Of a stretch of 64,000 bases of DNA, positions 8,442-17,804 are shown one piece after another. The notes under the pieces were generated by a model, which was given only the letters and a program-made list of their open reading frames with translations, did not search any database and had not been told where the DNA came from. The DNA lies in IMG/VR virus record IMGVR_UViG_3300048778_000136; one strand, 5' to 3'. The position numbers and the translations under genes are program-made. This stretch comes from an uncultured virus (IMG/VR IMGVR_UViG_3300048778_000136) (Duplodnaviria; Heunggongvirae; Uroviricota; Caudoviricetes). Position 1 is the stretch's first letter; every line of letters begins with the position of its first letter.

Positions 8442-9428
8442 CTAAGCTGCTGTGCTTGCTTCTTCATTCGCTGCAATACTGGTCTGAATATCCTTACGCA
8501 TTGCAACCTGCCGCTCTTCGCGAGAACCATAATTCAATGGGTCCTTACGTGTTCCTTCTGCAACAGCTTTCTTTATATCTGGGTACTCACTGATCGCCGC
8601 ACGGCGTACATCAGGATTGTTCCCACCACGCTCAGAAATTGTCTTAGCCTGCTCTTCGAGCTTCTTCTGCCACTCAGCGTCCTTCGCTTTCATCTTCTCC
8701 TCGTAAGGAGCGACGGCGGCGGCGGCGATGCTGGCTGTTTTTTCTGCCTCAGCCTTAGCCTGCAATCCAGCAGCCTTGGTTGGGAAGTCATACTTGCGAG
8801 CTACATAATCACGGAAAGGAAGCTTATTGGCTGTTGCTTCCTGAGCCAAGTTACTGATCGAATCAGGAAGGAACTGACCACCGGACAAGCGCTGATACTC
8901 CTGTAGCGCCCAGACTGAGTTATCCAGTCCTTTGCCGAGACGATCTTCCACATCTTCCATACGAAACGTTGGGCTACCGGGTGTCCCACCACCGCCTGCT
9001 ACAAATTGTCCTCCGGCATTGCGCACTGGAGGAGTCACAGCGGAAGGAGTAAATAAGGGAGCGTCAGAGGCGATAAACCCAGACTCTTTCGCAGCCTTAT
9101 TCTGTTCTTGATAGAAAGCCGCAAGCGCCTTAGAATTGGCAATCTCAGCTTGCAGAGCCTTCTCTTTGTCTTCCCATCCCGTCAACGACGGCATGATGGT
9201 GTCGTTGTAGAATTCTGAGTTGGCTCGCTGCGCTAATTCAGCAGCGTCCTGTGATGCCTTCGCCGCGATTCTTTCCGCCGCCGCCGTCTTAGCAGACTCT
9301 GCTGCGGCTGTGCGCTCCGCTTCGGCGGTCGTCAACACGCCAGTGAACGCGGCTACAGCCTTCGCATCCAAAGCTGCAATCTGCTCTGTGGTCAAACCGG
9401 ATTGGAGTAGAATTTCTGCGACTGTCAT
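8442..9428 (-). CDS. Putative scaffolding protein
   Basis: Ala/Glu/Lys-rich coiled coil directly upstream of MCP. Confidence 0.6.
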   Translation of the reverse strand: MTVAEILLQSGLTTEQIAALDAKAVAAFTGVLTTAEAERTAAAESAKTAAAERIAAKASQDAAELAQRANSEFYNDTIMPSLTGWEDKEKALQAEIANSKALAAFYQEQNKAAKESGFIASDAPLFTPSAVTPPVRNAGGQFVAGGGGTPGSPTFRMEDVEDRLGKGLDNSVWALQEYQRLSGGQFLPDSISNLAQEATANKLPFRDYVARKYDFPTKAAGLQAKAEAEKTASIAAAAVAPYEEKMKAKDAEWQKKLEEQAKTISERGGNNPDVRRAAISEYPDIKKAVAEGTRKDPLNYGSREERQVAMRKDIQTSIAANEEASTAA

Positions 9429-9464
9429 ATTGGTATATCTCCCGGAACTCTAATTACTGGTTAC

Positions 9465-9767
9465 TTACTGCGCTGACTGACTTGGAGAACTTGGCTGTGA
9501 AGGACTTACCATAGCCGTTTGCATTTCCTGAATACCCTCGCTCACCTTACCTGCTCCCGATGCCAAACGCGGGTCTGAAGCTGCCATCTGTTTAGCAGTC
9601 TGATACCAACGAGCGAGAAGCATTTGAAGTGGATTTGCAGGGGCTGAGGAAGGAGAAGGTTGCTGACCACCGTCTCCACCTTGTGGGGCTGAGGCCGCTC
9701 CGCCAGCATCCGGTGGAGGAGTGGAGCCTTGCTGTTGCTGTGGGTCAGGCATTGGAGCTGCGGCCAT
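9465..9767 (-). CDS. Hypothetical head-module protein (P/Q/S-rich)
   Basis: GAGG RBS, 100 aa. Confidence 0.6.
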   Translation of the reverse strand: MAAAPMPDPQQQQGSTPPPDAGGAASAPQGGDGGQQPSPSSAPANPLQMLLARWYQTAKQMAASDPRLASGAGKVSEGIQEMQTAMVSPSQPSSPSQSAQ

Positions 9768-9797
9768 TTGTTCCTCACAAAAAAATCCATCGTTGGC

Positions 9798-9834
9798 GTA
9801 ATAACAGCCGCACCCCTTATGAGAGTGCGGCTGT
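9798..9834 (-). terminator. Stem-loop after the small basic gene
   Basis: ACAGCCGCAC(9804-9813)/GTGCGGCTGT(9825-9834) perfect 10 bp stem. Confidence 0.5.
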
Positions 9835-9839
9835 CAGGA

Positions 9840-9953
9840 TTACTTGCGGACTACTGCCTTTTTGCTGTGAAGAACCTTGCGGGCAGACTTGCGGCTCTTC
9901 TTGGTGCTCTTCTTTGCGATGTGTTCTGCGGAAATCTTATGACGCTTGGCCAT
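9840..9953 (-). CDS. Protamine/histone-like basic peptide (37 aa)
   Basis: MAKRHKISAEHIAKKSTKKSRKSARKVLHSKKAVVRK with AAGGAG RBS. Confidence 0.65.
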   Translation of the reverse strand: MAKRHKISAEHIAKKSTKKSRKSARKVLHSKKAVVRK

Positions 9954-10079
9954 GATAGGCTCCTTGTGGGTTTTTCCGGAAGAAGCCAATAAAATGGCCC
10001 CACACCGGAGTTCCGGTATTGGAGCCTCAATAGCATCCACGCAACGTGGGTATTAAGCATCTCACTAATTTCAATTCCA

Positions 10080-10109
10080 AAGGTAAGGCTAAAAGGTTGT
10101 TTGTGTCAA
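10080..10109 (-). promoter_or_regulatory. Putative sigma70-type promoter of the head operon
   Basis: TTGACA-N18-TACCTT in an AT-rich intergenic gap. Confidence 0.4.
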
Positions 10110-10143
10110 GCGATATTGTAAATTATTTTTAATAGCGCAGGAA

Positions 10144-10386
10144 TTATGCCATTTCCCTAGTTCCCACGCCGATAATTTTTCTAACATCCTCAGATTTTTT
10201 CTCTGAAATATGTGTTTTCTGCTCAATATTCACGCCCATTATCCCCCCTTGATTATAAACGGCGACAATCTTTCCTGTGGCTTTAGAGGAGCGCATGAGG
10301 GAATCAAGAGCGTTAAGGTCAGTGGGCAAGGAAATAACCACCTCAGTAGTAAGGACATCCTTCTGCGACTTAATATTGATTGGCAT
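10144..10386 (-). CDS. Hypothetical protein
   Basis: 80 aa ORF with AGGAG RBS. Confidence 0.55.
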   Translation of the reverse strand: MPINIKSQKDVLTTEVVISLPTDLNALDSLMRSSKATGKIVAVYNQGGIMGVNIEQKTHISEKKSEDVRKIIGVGTREMA

Positions 10387-10445
10387 TTACTGTTATCTCC
10401 TGTGGTTCCCAGATGCTATTTACAATTTACGAATCGCGAACTACC

Positions 10446-12539
10446 TTATCCGCTCTGACTAACTACTGACCGTGGTTCCCCGCCCTTGGCTCCTTTTTGC
10501 TTCACACGAGGGGCTTTAGTCCCACTAGCGGGCCTTCCACCACCATGCGGTTTAGCTCCACCAGCATCTCCACCGCCCTGCAACTCCTGAGGATCAATTC
10601 CCAGTTTCTTCATTGTCTGCATGAGGTCAATCTGAGCAAACATCTTGAGTTTAGCGAGTTTTTCATCTTCTTTAAATGACTGCTCCTGCTCGCCCTCGGC
10701 ATTATTAATGTCCATCGCCTTCATGATCGTAATCCATGAAATTGGTGCGCCGCCCTTCTTTAATTGCAGCAGCATCAATTGGTACTGCACCTGAGTTACC
10801 TTGAGCAGTGTGCTTGGAACCGAGACTAGCCTGATCTGCTTTACAAACCACCTAGCCCGTTCGAGTTGCGTATACTTCGATTCCGTTTCCGGGAATCCAG
10901 CACCTACCATCTCATCTGGTAAGTGGCTAGGAACGAGGTCGTTTGGGTTGTAGTCAAACGTCTCCGCAGCCATATTCTCCGGACCTACATATTCCATGAT
11001 CCTTTGAGTGTCAAACCATTGAAGAATAAGATACTTTATCCTAAGCCCGACAGATTTATTCGCCTTCTCAACCCTAGCTGCAATGCCTTTTCCTACCGGC
11101 CCAATAGTTTCCATCATCTTGTCGGCAGTATCTGAGGCGATCTGGAGTTTCATGTTCGCGCCGAGACTTCCCAAATCTTCCAGACCGAGTTGCTTACCTT
11201 CCTTCTCGTTGAGGTATTTCAGGTAGTTGAAATGCTCACTTCCTACGCGAACCTCATCCGGCAGAATCGATTGGAATGTTTCCTTCGGCTTTCCATCTAC
11301 TCCTAGCCGCACATCCGGCTCGAAGATGTCGAAGTGCTCAATCTTAGGTCCACCTGTATCCGTATGGTTGTAGCCCATTGGTGGATTCATGGTGGCGGTC
11401 AGGACTTGATCCATCAACCGCTCATGCTTCCTGATTGTCGTTTCAATGCTGGCTACGTCGCCTACGATAGACCGTCCTAGCGGCTCCCATGCCCAGTCAT
11501 CCACCGTGTACTGGATAATTGGCATACGAGGGTCCCAGTCGAAAGCTGGACCGTCGTACATAGGCTTACCCATACCCGTTGAGGTAATGATGAGCCGCAG
11601 ATTTGGGTATACCCGGCAATGCTCTGGTCCGGCAGGTATATAGTATGGTTCCCCATTCCTCATCCCTCCAAAGATTCTTTGGCCAACATACGGGACACGG
11701 TAGAACCATGTGGTCCCAACGTCTCCCATTGGGAGTTCGTATCCTGTGTTGTTGATCCTCAAGTCCCGCACGAAGGTGTAACGGATTTCGGCGTAGAGAT
11801 TGCCAAATGTCCTGCCCACATCTCCGTAACGGTTCCTCTCCGCATAATCGACTCGCTGCGCCTGCATCCGCGTCTGGTAGTTCCGACGCATCCCCACCGT
11901 CTGAATATCTCTTTGAAAGCGTGGAAACCGTCCATGCGCCTCCGCAATAGGCATGTAATCGTAGATTGTGACCGCGTAGGCATCCTGAATATCATTGGTG
12001 CGGGAAGGAATCTGGGTAGGAATCACGTCTAATAGTCCTAGCGCGTCAAATTCCATCCTCCTCTCGCCGTACCCGTACTCCGTCGCTCTAACCTTCGGCC
12101 ACAGATATCCAATCCCCATAACGGAGGCATATTGCAGGACTTTGAGGATTTGAAAGGGGAAATCGCTTTCGAGATAAACGCATTTGCTGACTTTCGTCAA
12201 CATCTCGGACATTTTCTTGTAGCTTGGGTTATCCGACCCATAACCCGCAATTTCTCTAACCTGCGCCAGTGTCTCGCAGAACTTCCGAATATCGTATTTG
12301 AGATTATTTGTTACGAGGCTGGAGCGGCATTTATCGTTGAATACCGCATTAAACACCCGCAAATTCTTGGGCAAATCCTTATAGCATTTCTGCGCTTCTA
12401 GAAAACCTTCACCTTCCTGAATTTGAGATTCTACCCACGCGTAAATCTCTTCAGGATGGGAAATGAAGAACGGTGCCTGCCAACTACTAGTTTCGTTTTT
12501 ATCGCGAAACCAAGACGAGCTTTCTCCCATTATTGGCAA
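10446..12539 (-). CDS. Portal protein
   Basis: About 700 aa, between terminase and capsid; G.GYL motif, W.P.GRS.V.D....E, Q/G-rich disordered C-terminus of P22/T7-like portals. Confidence 0.75.
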   Translation of the reverse strand: MPIMGESSSWFRDKNETSSWQAPFFISHPEEIYAWVESQIQEGEGFLEAQKCYKDLPKNLRVFNAVFNDKCRSSLVTNNLKYDIRKFCETLAQVREIAGYGSDNPSYKKMSEMLTKVSKCVYLESDFPFQILKVLQYASVMGIGYLWPKVRATEYGYGERRMEFDALGLLDVIPTQIPSRTNDIQDAYAVTIYDYMPIAEAHGRFPRFQRDIQTVGMRRNYQTRMQAQRVDYAERNRYGDVGRTFGNLYAEIRYTFVRDLRINNTGYELPMGDVGTTWFYRVPYVGQRIFGGMRNGEPYYIPAGPEHCRVYPNLRLIITSTGMGKPMYDGPAFDWDPRMPIIQYTVDDWAWEPLGRSIVGDVASIETTIRKHERLMDQVLTATMNPPMGYNHTDTGGPKIEHFDIFEPDVRLGVDGKPKETFQSILPDEVRVGSEHFNYLKYLNEKEGKQLGLEDLGSLGANMKLQIASDTADKMMETIGPVGKGIAARVEKANKSVGLRIKYLILQWFDTQRIMEYVGPENMAAETFDYNPNDLVPSHLPDEMVGAGFPETESKYTQLERARWFVKQIRLVSVPSTLLKVTQVQYQLMLLQLKKGGAPISWITIMKAMDINNAEGEQEQSFKEDEKLAKLKMFAQIDLMQTMKKLGIDPQELQGGGDAGGAKPHGGGRPASGTKAPRVKQKGAKGGEPRSVVSQSG

Positions 12540-12700
12540 CTGACACTCTAATCTCTCCCGGTCGCTTTGGTTCCCTAAGCCAAAACGAGTTTCTACAAAT
12601 AGCTACTCCGAGAAAGTATAGCGCAGGTTTCTATATTCGTCTATAAAATTATTTAGGCCGCGACAGGAAGGAAGTGCATCTCATCCCTTGAGGTACCTCT

Positions 12701-12913
12701 ATGCCCGGAATCATCGGTTTGCTTATCAGCCTCATCGTCCTTGCTATTGTCCTTGCGGTCTTGTGGTGGATCATTACCATGATTCCTGTTCCCCCGCCGC
12801 TCGTTTGGATTATCCGCGTTATGTTCGCGTTGATCTGCCTGATCGCCCTTCTCAGTCTGCTGTTTGGCGGATGGACGTTCCCGTTTGCTGGTCACGGATA
12901 CATAGGAAGATAG
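12701..12913 (+). CDS. Small two-TM membrane protein (Thivi_2564-like)
   Basis: LISLIVLAIVLAVLWWII..IPVPPP..WIIRV; GAGG RBS; lone plus-strand gene. Confidence 0.65.
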   Translation: MPGIIGLLISLIVLAIVLAVLWWIITMIPVPPPLVWIIRVMFALICLIALLSLLFGGWTFPFAGHGYIGR

Positions 12914-13234
12914 TTAGCTTCGATATTGTCCTATTCGCGCCAGAACATTTCTAAGGACGCGTTCTTCCAACTCTCGTTCCTTCATCATGTCGAGAGTAGT
13001 TAGAACGCGGAACCTTTTTATGTCTGCAAACGTCACAGCAAACTGTCTTCCACAAGTAGGGCAGTGGCATCCTGATCCGAAGTACCACTGAAACCACGTC
13101 CCACATCCAAAGAATCCTGCGGGCTGACCTTGAAGCCTCAAAGCTATCTTCTCAGCCCACTGCTCATCCGTCATGTCATCCTTGCCGCCGTCGCATTGGC
13201 GCTGCAAGAGGATCGGGCCGATTACCTTATTCAT
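12914..13234 (-). CDS. Hypothetical Zn-finger protein carrying the AxxIAxRLxG tag
   Basis: AEKIALRLQG; CPTC. Confidence 0.55.
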   Translation of the reverse strand: MNKVIGPILLQRQCDGGKDDMTDEQWAEKIALRLQGQPAGFFGCGTWFQWYFGSGCHCPTCGRQFAVTFADIKRFRVLTTLDMMKERELEERVLRNVLARIGQYRS

Positions 13235-14766
13235 ACTTCTGCCGTCCGGAAAAGTGGGGAATCATTCTCTAGCACAAACTGTATCCTCGCCTTGGCGATA
13301 GCACAATATTCCTCTTCGCCTTCGATACCGATAAACTTGAATCCTTCATATAGTGCAGCCTTTCCCGTACTCCCACTTCCAGTAAAGGGGTCAAGGACTG
13401 TACCGTTAGGAGGAGTAACCAACTTGACTAAATATCTCATCAATGCTGTAGGTTTTACGGTAGGATGTGAGTTGCTTGAGTTGCTTGAGTTGCTTGAGTT
13501 GCGCTGATAAGCGTTGTCGTTTGGAGTTTCCCGTCCGTCGTGGCTGTATTGTTTTGGCTCTATATGCTCACATCCTTCGTTACGATCTTCCCCAGACGCC
13601 TTAGCACAATAGAAGAAACGTGCTGAGGAACCTGAATCGCCGCGTGGTGGAGTATCAGGTCTAGGGCCAAAGTTACCGTAGCAATTCACAGTATCCCTAT
13701 CTCCGTGCCGCTCTCCTACAAAACCTTGCTGACCATCGGAGTCAGGGAATGACGCCAATACTTCGTCTGACCCGTCGTGAATCACATTACTCGGCCATCT
13801 CCCGAGAGTATTCATCTCCTGCTCGTAGTCGGGTCGTTTCTCCTGTCCGAATCCAGACCATTGCTTTAGCTTATTGATAGGTACAGGTTCGCCTTCAATC
13901 CGGCATCCGTCGATATTAATTGCTCCCGTACCCCACTTTAATACGTTGCTGGCTATAGTCTTCTCTGAGATAGGTTTCCTAGCCACCACAACCAATTCCA
14001 TCGCCGGTTTTAATGCCGTTCCCCATCCGTCCCATTGTTGAGCATCTTCGGTCAATGGACGAGACTCTAAAATCCCACCTTTACTCTCGTACCCAAATCC
14101 ATTGCTCGTACTCGGTGCAGGCTTCCGATTAGCTCCGTCGTACTTTGACCGACTATCTTTCATAAATTGTCCCGGCCCCGCGCCAAATCCTTGCCCGATA
14201 GGATTATCTTCGGAACATCCACCTTTGTAATTTCCGTGGTTCTCACTGGTCGGGTCAGGACCACCTTGTGGAACCCCTCGCGCTGCCTTGTCGATGCTTT
14301 TTGCCACATCTAGACTTTTTGGGAAACCGCTCCCATATACCCAAGCAATTGAATCACGAATCTCAAATCCAGCATCCTCAATAGCGCACACAAGACGGTG
14401 GTATGTCCTTGTCCCACCCATCGCTAGGAGATATCCTCCCGGCTTCAGGAGTCGCATAGCCTTAGCCCAAGTCTCAGGCTGAAACGCTACGTCCCCTCCG
14501 TCCCAACTCTTCCCCATAAATCCGGTTGCCGCAGCGCGATAAGGATTAGTTCCTTGTCCGGGAATTGTCTTAGTAAAGTTTCGCTCAACATCGCCAGCGT
14601 TAGAATTCGCAAGCCGCTTTGTCATTGTGAGATGGTACGGAGGATCGGTAACAATCGAATCTACTGAGTTTTCTTCCAACTCAGGCATAACTTCGCGACA
14701 GTCTCCCTCATACAACTTCGCATCTGCACACTCCCAATATGGCGTCACGACGTGATCTGCATCCAT
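13231..14766 (-). CDS. DNA N6-adenine/N4-cytosine methyltransferase (beta class)
   Basis: VTDPPY catalytic motif, HPTVKP, VLDPFTGSGSTG SAM-binding motif. Confidence 0.92.
   Translation of the reverse strand: MDADHVVTPYWECADAKLYEGDCREVMPELEENSVDSIVTDPPYHLTMTKRLANSNAGDVERNFTKTIPGQGTNPYRAAATGFMGKSWDGGDVAFQPETWAKAMRLLKPGGYLLAMGGTRTYHRLVCAIEDAGFEIRDSIAWVYGSGFPKSLDVAKSIDKAARGVPQGGPDPTSENHGNYKGGCSEDNPIGQGFGAGPGQFMKDSRSKYDGANRKPAPSTSNGFGYESKGGILESRPLTEDAQQWDGWGTALKPAMELVVVARKPISEKTIASNVLKWGTGAINIDGCRIEGEPVPINKLKQWSGFGQEKRPDYEQEMNTLGRWPSNVIHDGSDEVLASFPDSDGQQGFVGERHGDRDTVNCYGNFGPRPDTPPRGDSGSSARFFYCAKASGEDRNEGCEHIEPKQYSHDGRETPNDNAYQRNSSNSSNSSNSHPTVKPTALMRYLVKLVTPPNGTVLDPFTGSGSTGKAALYEGFKFIGIEGEEEYCAIAKARIQFVLENDSPLFRTAEV
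13469..13502. repeat. 9-bp tandem repeat (GAGTTGCTT x about 3.8) inside the MTase gene
   Basis: Read directly; encodes NSSNSSNSSNS just before HPTVKP. Confidence 0.85.
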
Positions 14767-15176
14767 CCGTAGCTCCCTTTCGTTATAGTGCCTAGAGCTA
14801 TTCCGCTAGGCATTTCGTTCCCCGTACACTTCCTCGCTTTTTCAAAAGAACTCAGAAACACTATATCTCCAGTAGACAGATGTCCCTCTGCGTGGATCAT
14901 CTTGTATGTTCCTGCCGGGAGCTTAGGAGGTCCAAGTAATCTCTTGGCGACCTTAGCGGCTCTCTCCCTATCAAACTGAGTCAGCATCCTTTTGACGGAT
15001 TCACTAGAGAGGTCATATTCCATCAGATAACCTTGTAGTGGCAGGCGGGTTAAATGCGGCTGATCCTGATTCTCAAAGATGCGCCACAATTCTTTCTTTC
15101 CTAGCATGTCGATTGGGCGTCCTGTATTGAGTTGGTAGCCGTCAGGACAATTAGCTACGATACCCTTGCGCTTCAT
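14745..15176 (-). CDS. Hypothetical protein with VAKRLLG tag and cement-like C-terminus
   Basis: N-terminus paralogous to 15440-15682; C-terminal GIALGTITKGSYGWMQI. Confidence 0.6.
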   Translation of the reverse strand: MKRKGIVANCPDGYQLNTGRPIDMLGKKELWRIFENQDQPHLTRLPLQGYLMEYDLSSESVKRMLTQFDRERAAKVAKRLLGPPKLPAGTYKMIHAEGHLSTGDIVFLSSFEKARKCTGNEMPSGIALGTITKGSYGWMQITS

Positions 15177-15439
15177 ATTAACCCCAATGGAACAGGAAGA
15201 TCAGCCAAAGTGATTCTCTGACATTCGAGCGCAACTCGCATTGCAGTCTTTAGACTGCACGTTCCCGCCTTCTCAAAAATAGCCGCGTCCGCTAGGAGAG
15301 AACAAATCTCATTATCCTGCGCCTTGAACCGTAACCCGTCATACTCGAAAACTGTTCCGCGTTTCAATTTCTGAATACTATGATGCGGACAGGAATCTTG
15401 CTTTTTGTGTGGTTCTGCTCCATTCATACTTTCCTCCAC
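15173..15439 (-). CDS. Hypothetical protein
   Basis: Tightly packed ORF. Confidence 0.5.
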   Translation of the reverse strand: MEESMNGAEPHKKQDSCPHHSIQKLKRGTVFEYDGLRFKAQDNEICSLLADAAIFEKAGTCSLKTAMRVALECQRITLADLPVPLGLI

Positions 15440-15682
15440 TCACACAACTTTGTAATACAGCACTCTTCCCCACGCCTTCGGAACATGACCCGCGCAAGGA
15501 GTACCGTTGCCGTCGTCAATCAAATCCTGCGGAATTCTAGCTAAGTGAGGCTCTGCGTGATGTTCAAAGATGCGCCACAGTTCTGAGGTGCCTAGCATAT
15601 TGATAGCCTCCCCTCCGTTTACTGTGTAGCCCTCAGGACAGTTCGCGTGAACCTCTCGCCAGTTGATCTTTTCCTTGACCAT
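15440..15682 (-). CDS. Hypothetical protein, paralog of the 14745-15176 N-terminal domain
   Basis: ANCPEGY..N.G..I.MLG..ELWRIFE....PHL.R.P shared. Confidence 0.65.
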   Translation of the reverse strand: MVKEKINWREVHANCPEGYTVNGGEAINMLGTSELWRIFEHHAEPHLARIPQDLIDDGNGTPCAGHVPKAWGRVLYYKVV

Positions 15683-16272
15683 TACGTCCCTACCTTCGGG
15701 CCTGTCGTCCCATCCATCTCGTACCAGACAAATTCTTCGTTAGGAAAATGTGAACCGCAGTGAACACACATCCCTCCCAAATAAAATTCAGGGTCTCTCG
15801 CCAAAGTCTCAGCAATTGCACGCCCCATTGTGGTAATCTTGCCACACTTTAGATGTCGATAGGCGTCGCGGTACGGACGAACAAAGCCTTTGCTTCGTTC
15901 CTCTTTGGTGAGCACTACATAGTCCTTTTGCTGGCCATCGCCACGATCCTCTGTGTGGCTGTAGTCTTCCGGAACAGGCTTTCCGCTCACGAGTTCTCGC
16001 GCACTTCTGTCTACCGGAAGAACTTCCTTAGCCGCTTCTATCTTCTCCTTGAGTCCAAGAAATTGCTTCGTGAGCACTCTAGCCTTTTCCGCTTCCTGTT
16101 CAAGAGTCGGTTTCTGCGGCCCTAGTGGAGTAAGAGGCAACGTGACGCGCTCGATCTTTGATAGACGACCCTCGATGGCGTTCAGACGATCTAAGACTTG
16201 CTGAAACTTAGAGTCGTCACGACCATCGTCTTTAGCATGTAAACTTACTTGCTGTGGATATACTGGCTTCAT
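15682..16272 (-). CDS. Phage Zn-binding hypothetical protein
   Basis: YVVL..EER.KGFVRP.R..Y.H..CG..T.MG..IAET.ARDP.FY....C..C..HFP motif, recalled as common in phages. Confidence 0.65.
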   Translation of the reverse strand: MKPVYPQQVSLHAKDDGRDDSKFQQVLDRLNAIEGRLSKIERVTLPLTPLGPQKPTLEQEAEKARVLTKQFLGLKEKIEAAKEVLPVDRSARELVSGKPVPEDYSHTEDRGDGQQKDYVVLTKEERSKGFVRPYRDAYRHLKCGKITTMGRAIAETLARDPEFYLGGMCVHCGSHFPNEEFVWYEMDGTTGPKVGT

Positions 16273-16517
16273 ATAGGCAATCCTCCCTCTTTCCGCGCCA
16301 AACGTTCACCCTCTTCCATCGACACCATCCGCACAAAGCACTTGTTGTTGCTAGTATCGAACACGACCGCCTTCTCATTGTCGCCAAGGGCGATAACGTC
16401 AGACTCGGTTATCTCAATTTCGGCTACCCCAATCTTCAACATTAGGATTCCGACAATCTTATGCCAGTGGTCGTGAACCTCTTGAGTTACTGGATGGTTC
16501 GGATTTAGTTCGCTCAT
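16269..16517 (-). CDS. Hypothetical protein
   Basis: GAGG RBS; ATGA overlap with the next gene. Confidence 0.55.
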   Translation of the reverse strand: MSELNPNHPVTQEVHDHWHKIVGILMLKIGVAEIEITESDVIALGDNEKAVVFDTSNNKCFVRMVSMEEGERLARKEGGLPI

Positions 16518-16594
16518 TGCAAGTCCTCTCTAGTGAAAGCACAAATATATTGCAAAACCAAATACTATGGCGGCAAAAGGAAGAAATATGTTCT

Positions 16595-16840
16595 TCATTG
16601 CAAGTCCTCCAAAACAGGAATCATCTCGCCTAAGTATCCCTTTACCTCGGCGTCGTCAGGCTCACGACCGTCCTTGTACGCCGCTTCAAAGCGCGTCAGG
16701 ATGTCGTGCATTTGCATTACTCCCTTTGACGCTGGAGCCTTCTCCATACGTTTCCTAGCCGCCGCTATGGTCGCCAGCATCTCAGCCTTCGTTGTCTTCC
16801 GGAATAGGCTCATTTTCCTTCTTTCCGCGTTCATATTCAT
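16595..16840 (-). CDS. Hypothetical protein
   Basis: ORF co-oriented with neighbours. Confidence 0.45.
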   Translation of the reverse strand: MNMNAERRKMSLFRKTTKAEMLATIAAARKRMEKAPASKGVMQMHDILTRFEAAYKDGREPDDAEVKGYLGEMIPVLEDLQ

Positions 16841-17765
16841 CTACGCACTCCTCAAAGTTCTTTCTAAGAGATTCCCTTGTCTCACCCCCATAACTATACA
16901 TAGCGCGAATTCCAAGGATACGACCGTGAAATATATCATCCTCGGAGTCGTAATTTACAGAACCTTCGAATCCTTTATAAACAAGCGTCTCGGCTATGCC
17001 CTTAGTGTCACTCATTATTTTACCTTCCTTCCCACGGCGATATGCCTCTAGAATGTTACCGTTAGCCTCCATTTTTGAAGGCTTTTCTGCCGTAGAGCGA
17101 AAGAATAGATCGTCAAGTTCTTCTGGAATTCTCGGTTTCTCTCGCAATTCAGGAGGTACCCAACCATGTCCTGCGCGGAATGCAAAATAAGCCGTATCTC
17201 TAAGGTCTTTCAATGCGATTGACTTATTGCTAAACCAATTCTGGTTATTAGTGCTCGCCCACCATGACTCGAAAGAGGATTTCAACTCCTTTGAAACGTC
17301 CTGATCCCACGCGATAGGATAATCCCTTACCGCCGATACTGTAGCGATAGGCTTCGTGTTCACGCTCTGACAGTAGACGCACCATGTTCCCTTTTCGCGC
17401 AACTGCTGCTTCCATGATCTCTTGCAATCGAGGCAATCATAGACGGTCATCTCTAGGTCATCCTTCGGTTTCGGGGATAGGAATATGCGGCGCACAAATT
17501 CACGTTGCCAATAGACTCCAGCTTCAAATGCTACCTTGTGAATTGGTGTGCATGTTTCGGAACAAGGAAAGGCTTCATGACATCCGTTGAATACTTGCGT
17601 AATCGTTGAAGTATCATTCTCTAATATCCAACGCAGTGCCTCTTCAAGAGTGCTTTCTATTTGGCTTGCCCCAACATCCTCTAAATGAATATCCTCATTA
17701 GGATAGCGTCCGAAGGTCATCATCGCCGCTTTCAAAATTTAATATGGAACTCTAATCTTGCTCAT
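16782..17765 (-). pseudogene. Composite ORF with an in-frame TAA at codon 9 and a C-terminal HicB-like domain (own ATG at 17015)
   Basis: CCGGGAG RBS then MSKIRVPY*ILKAAMM...; last 77 aa YKGFEGSVNYDSEDDIFHGRILGI...GET..L..NFEECVDEY resemble the HicB antitoxin N-domain. Confidence 0.55.
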
Positions 17766-17804
17766 CTCACTATCCTCCCGGATCACTGAATTATAACACT
17801 GCGC

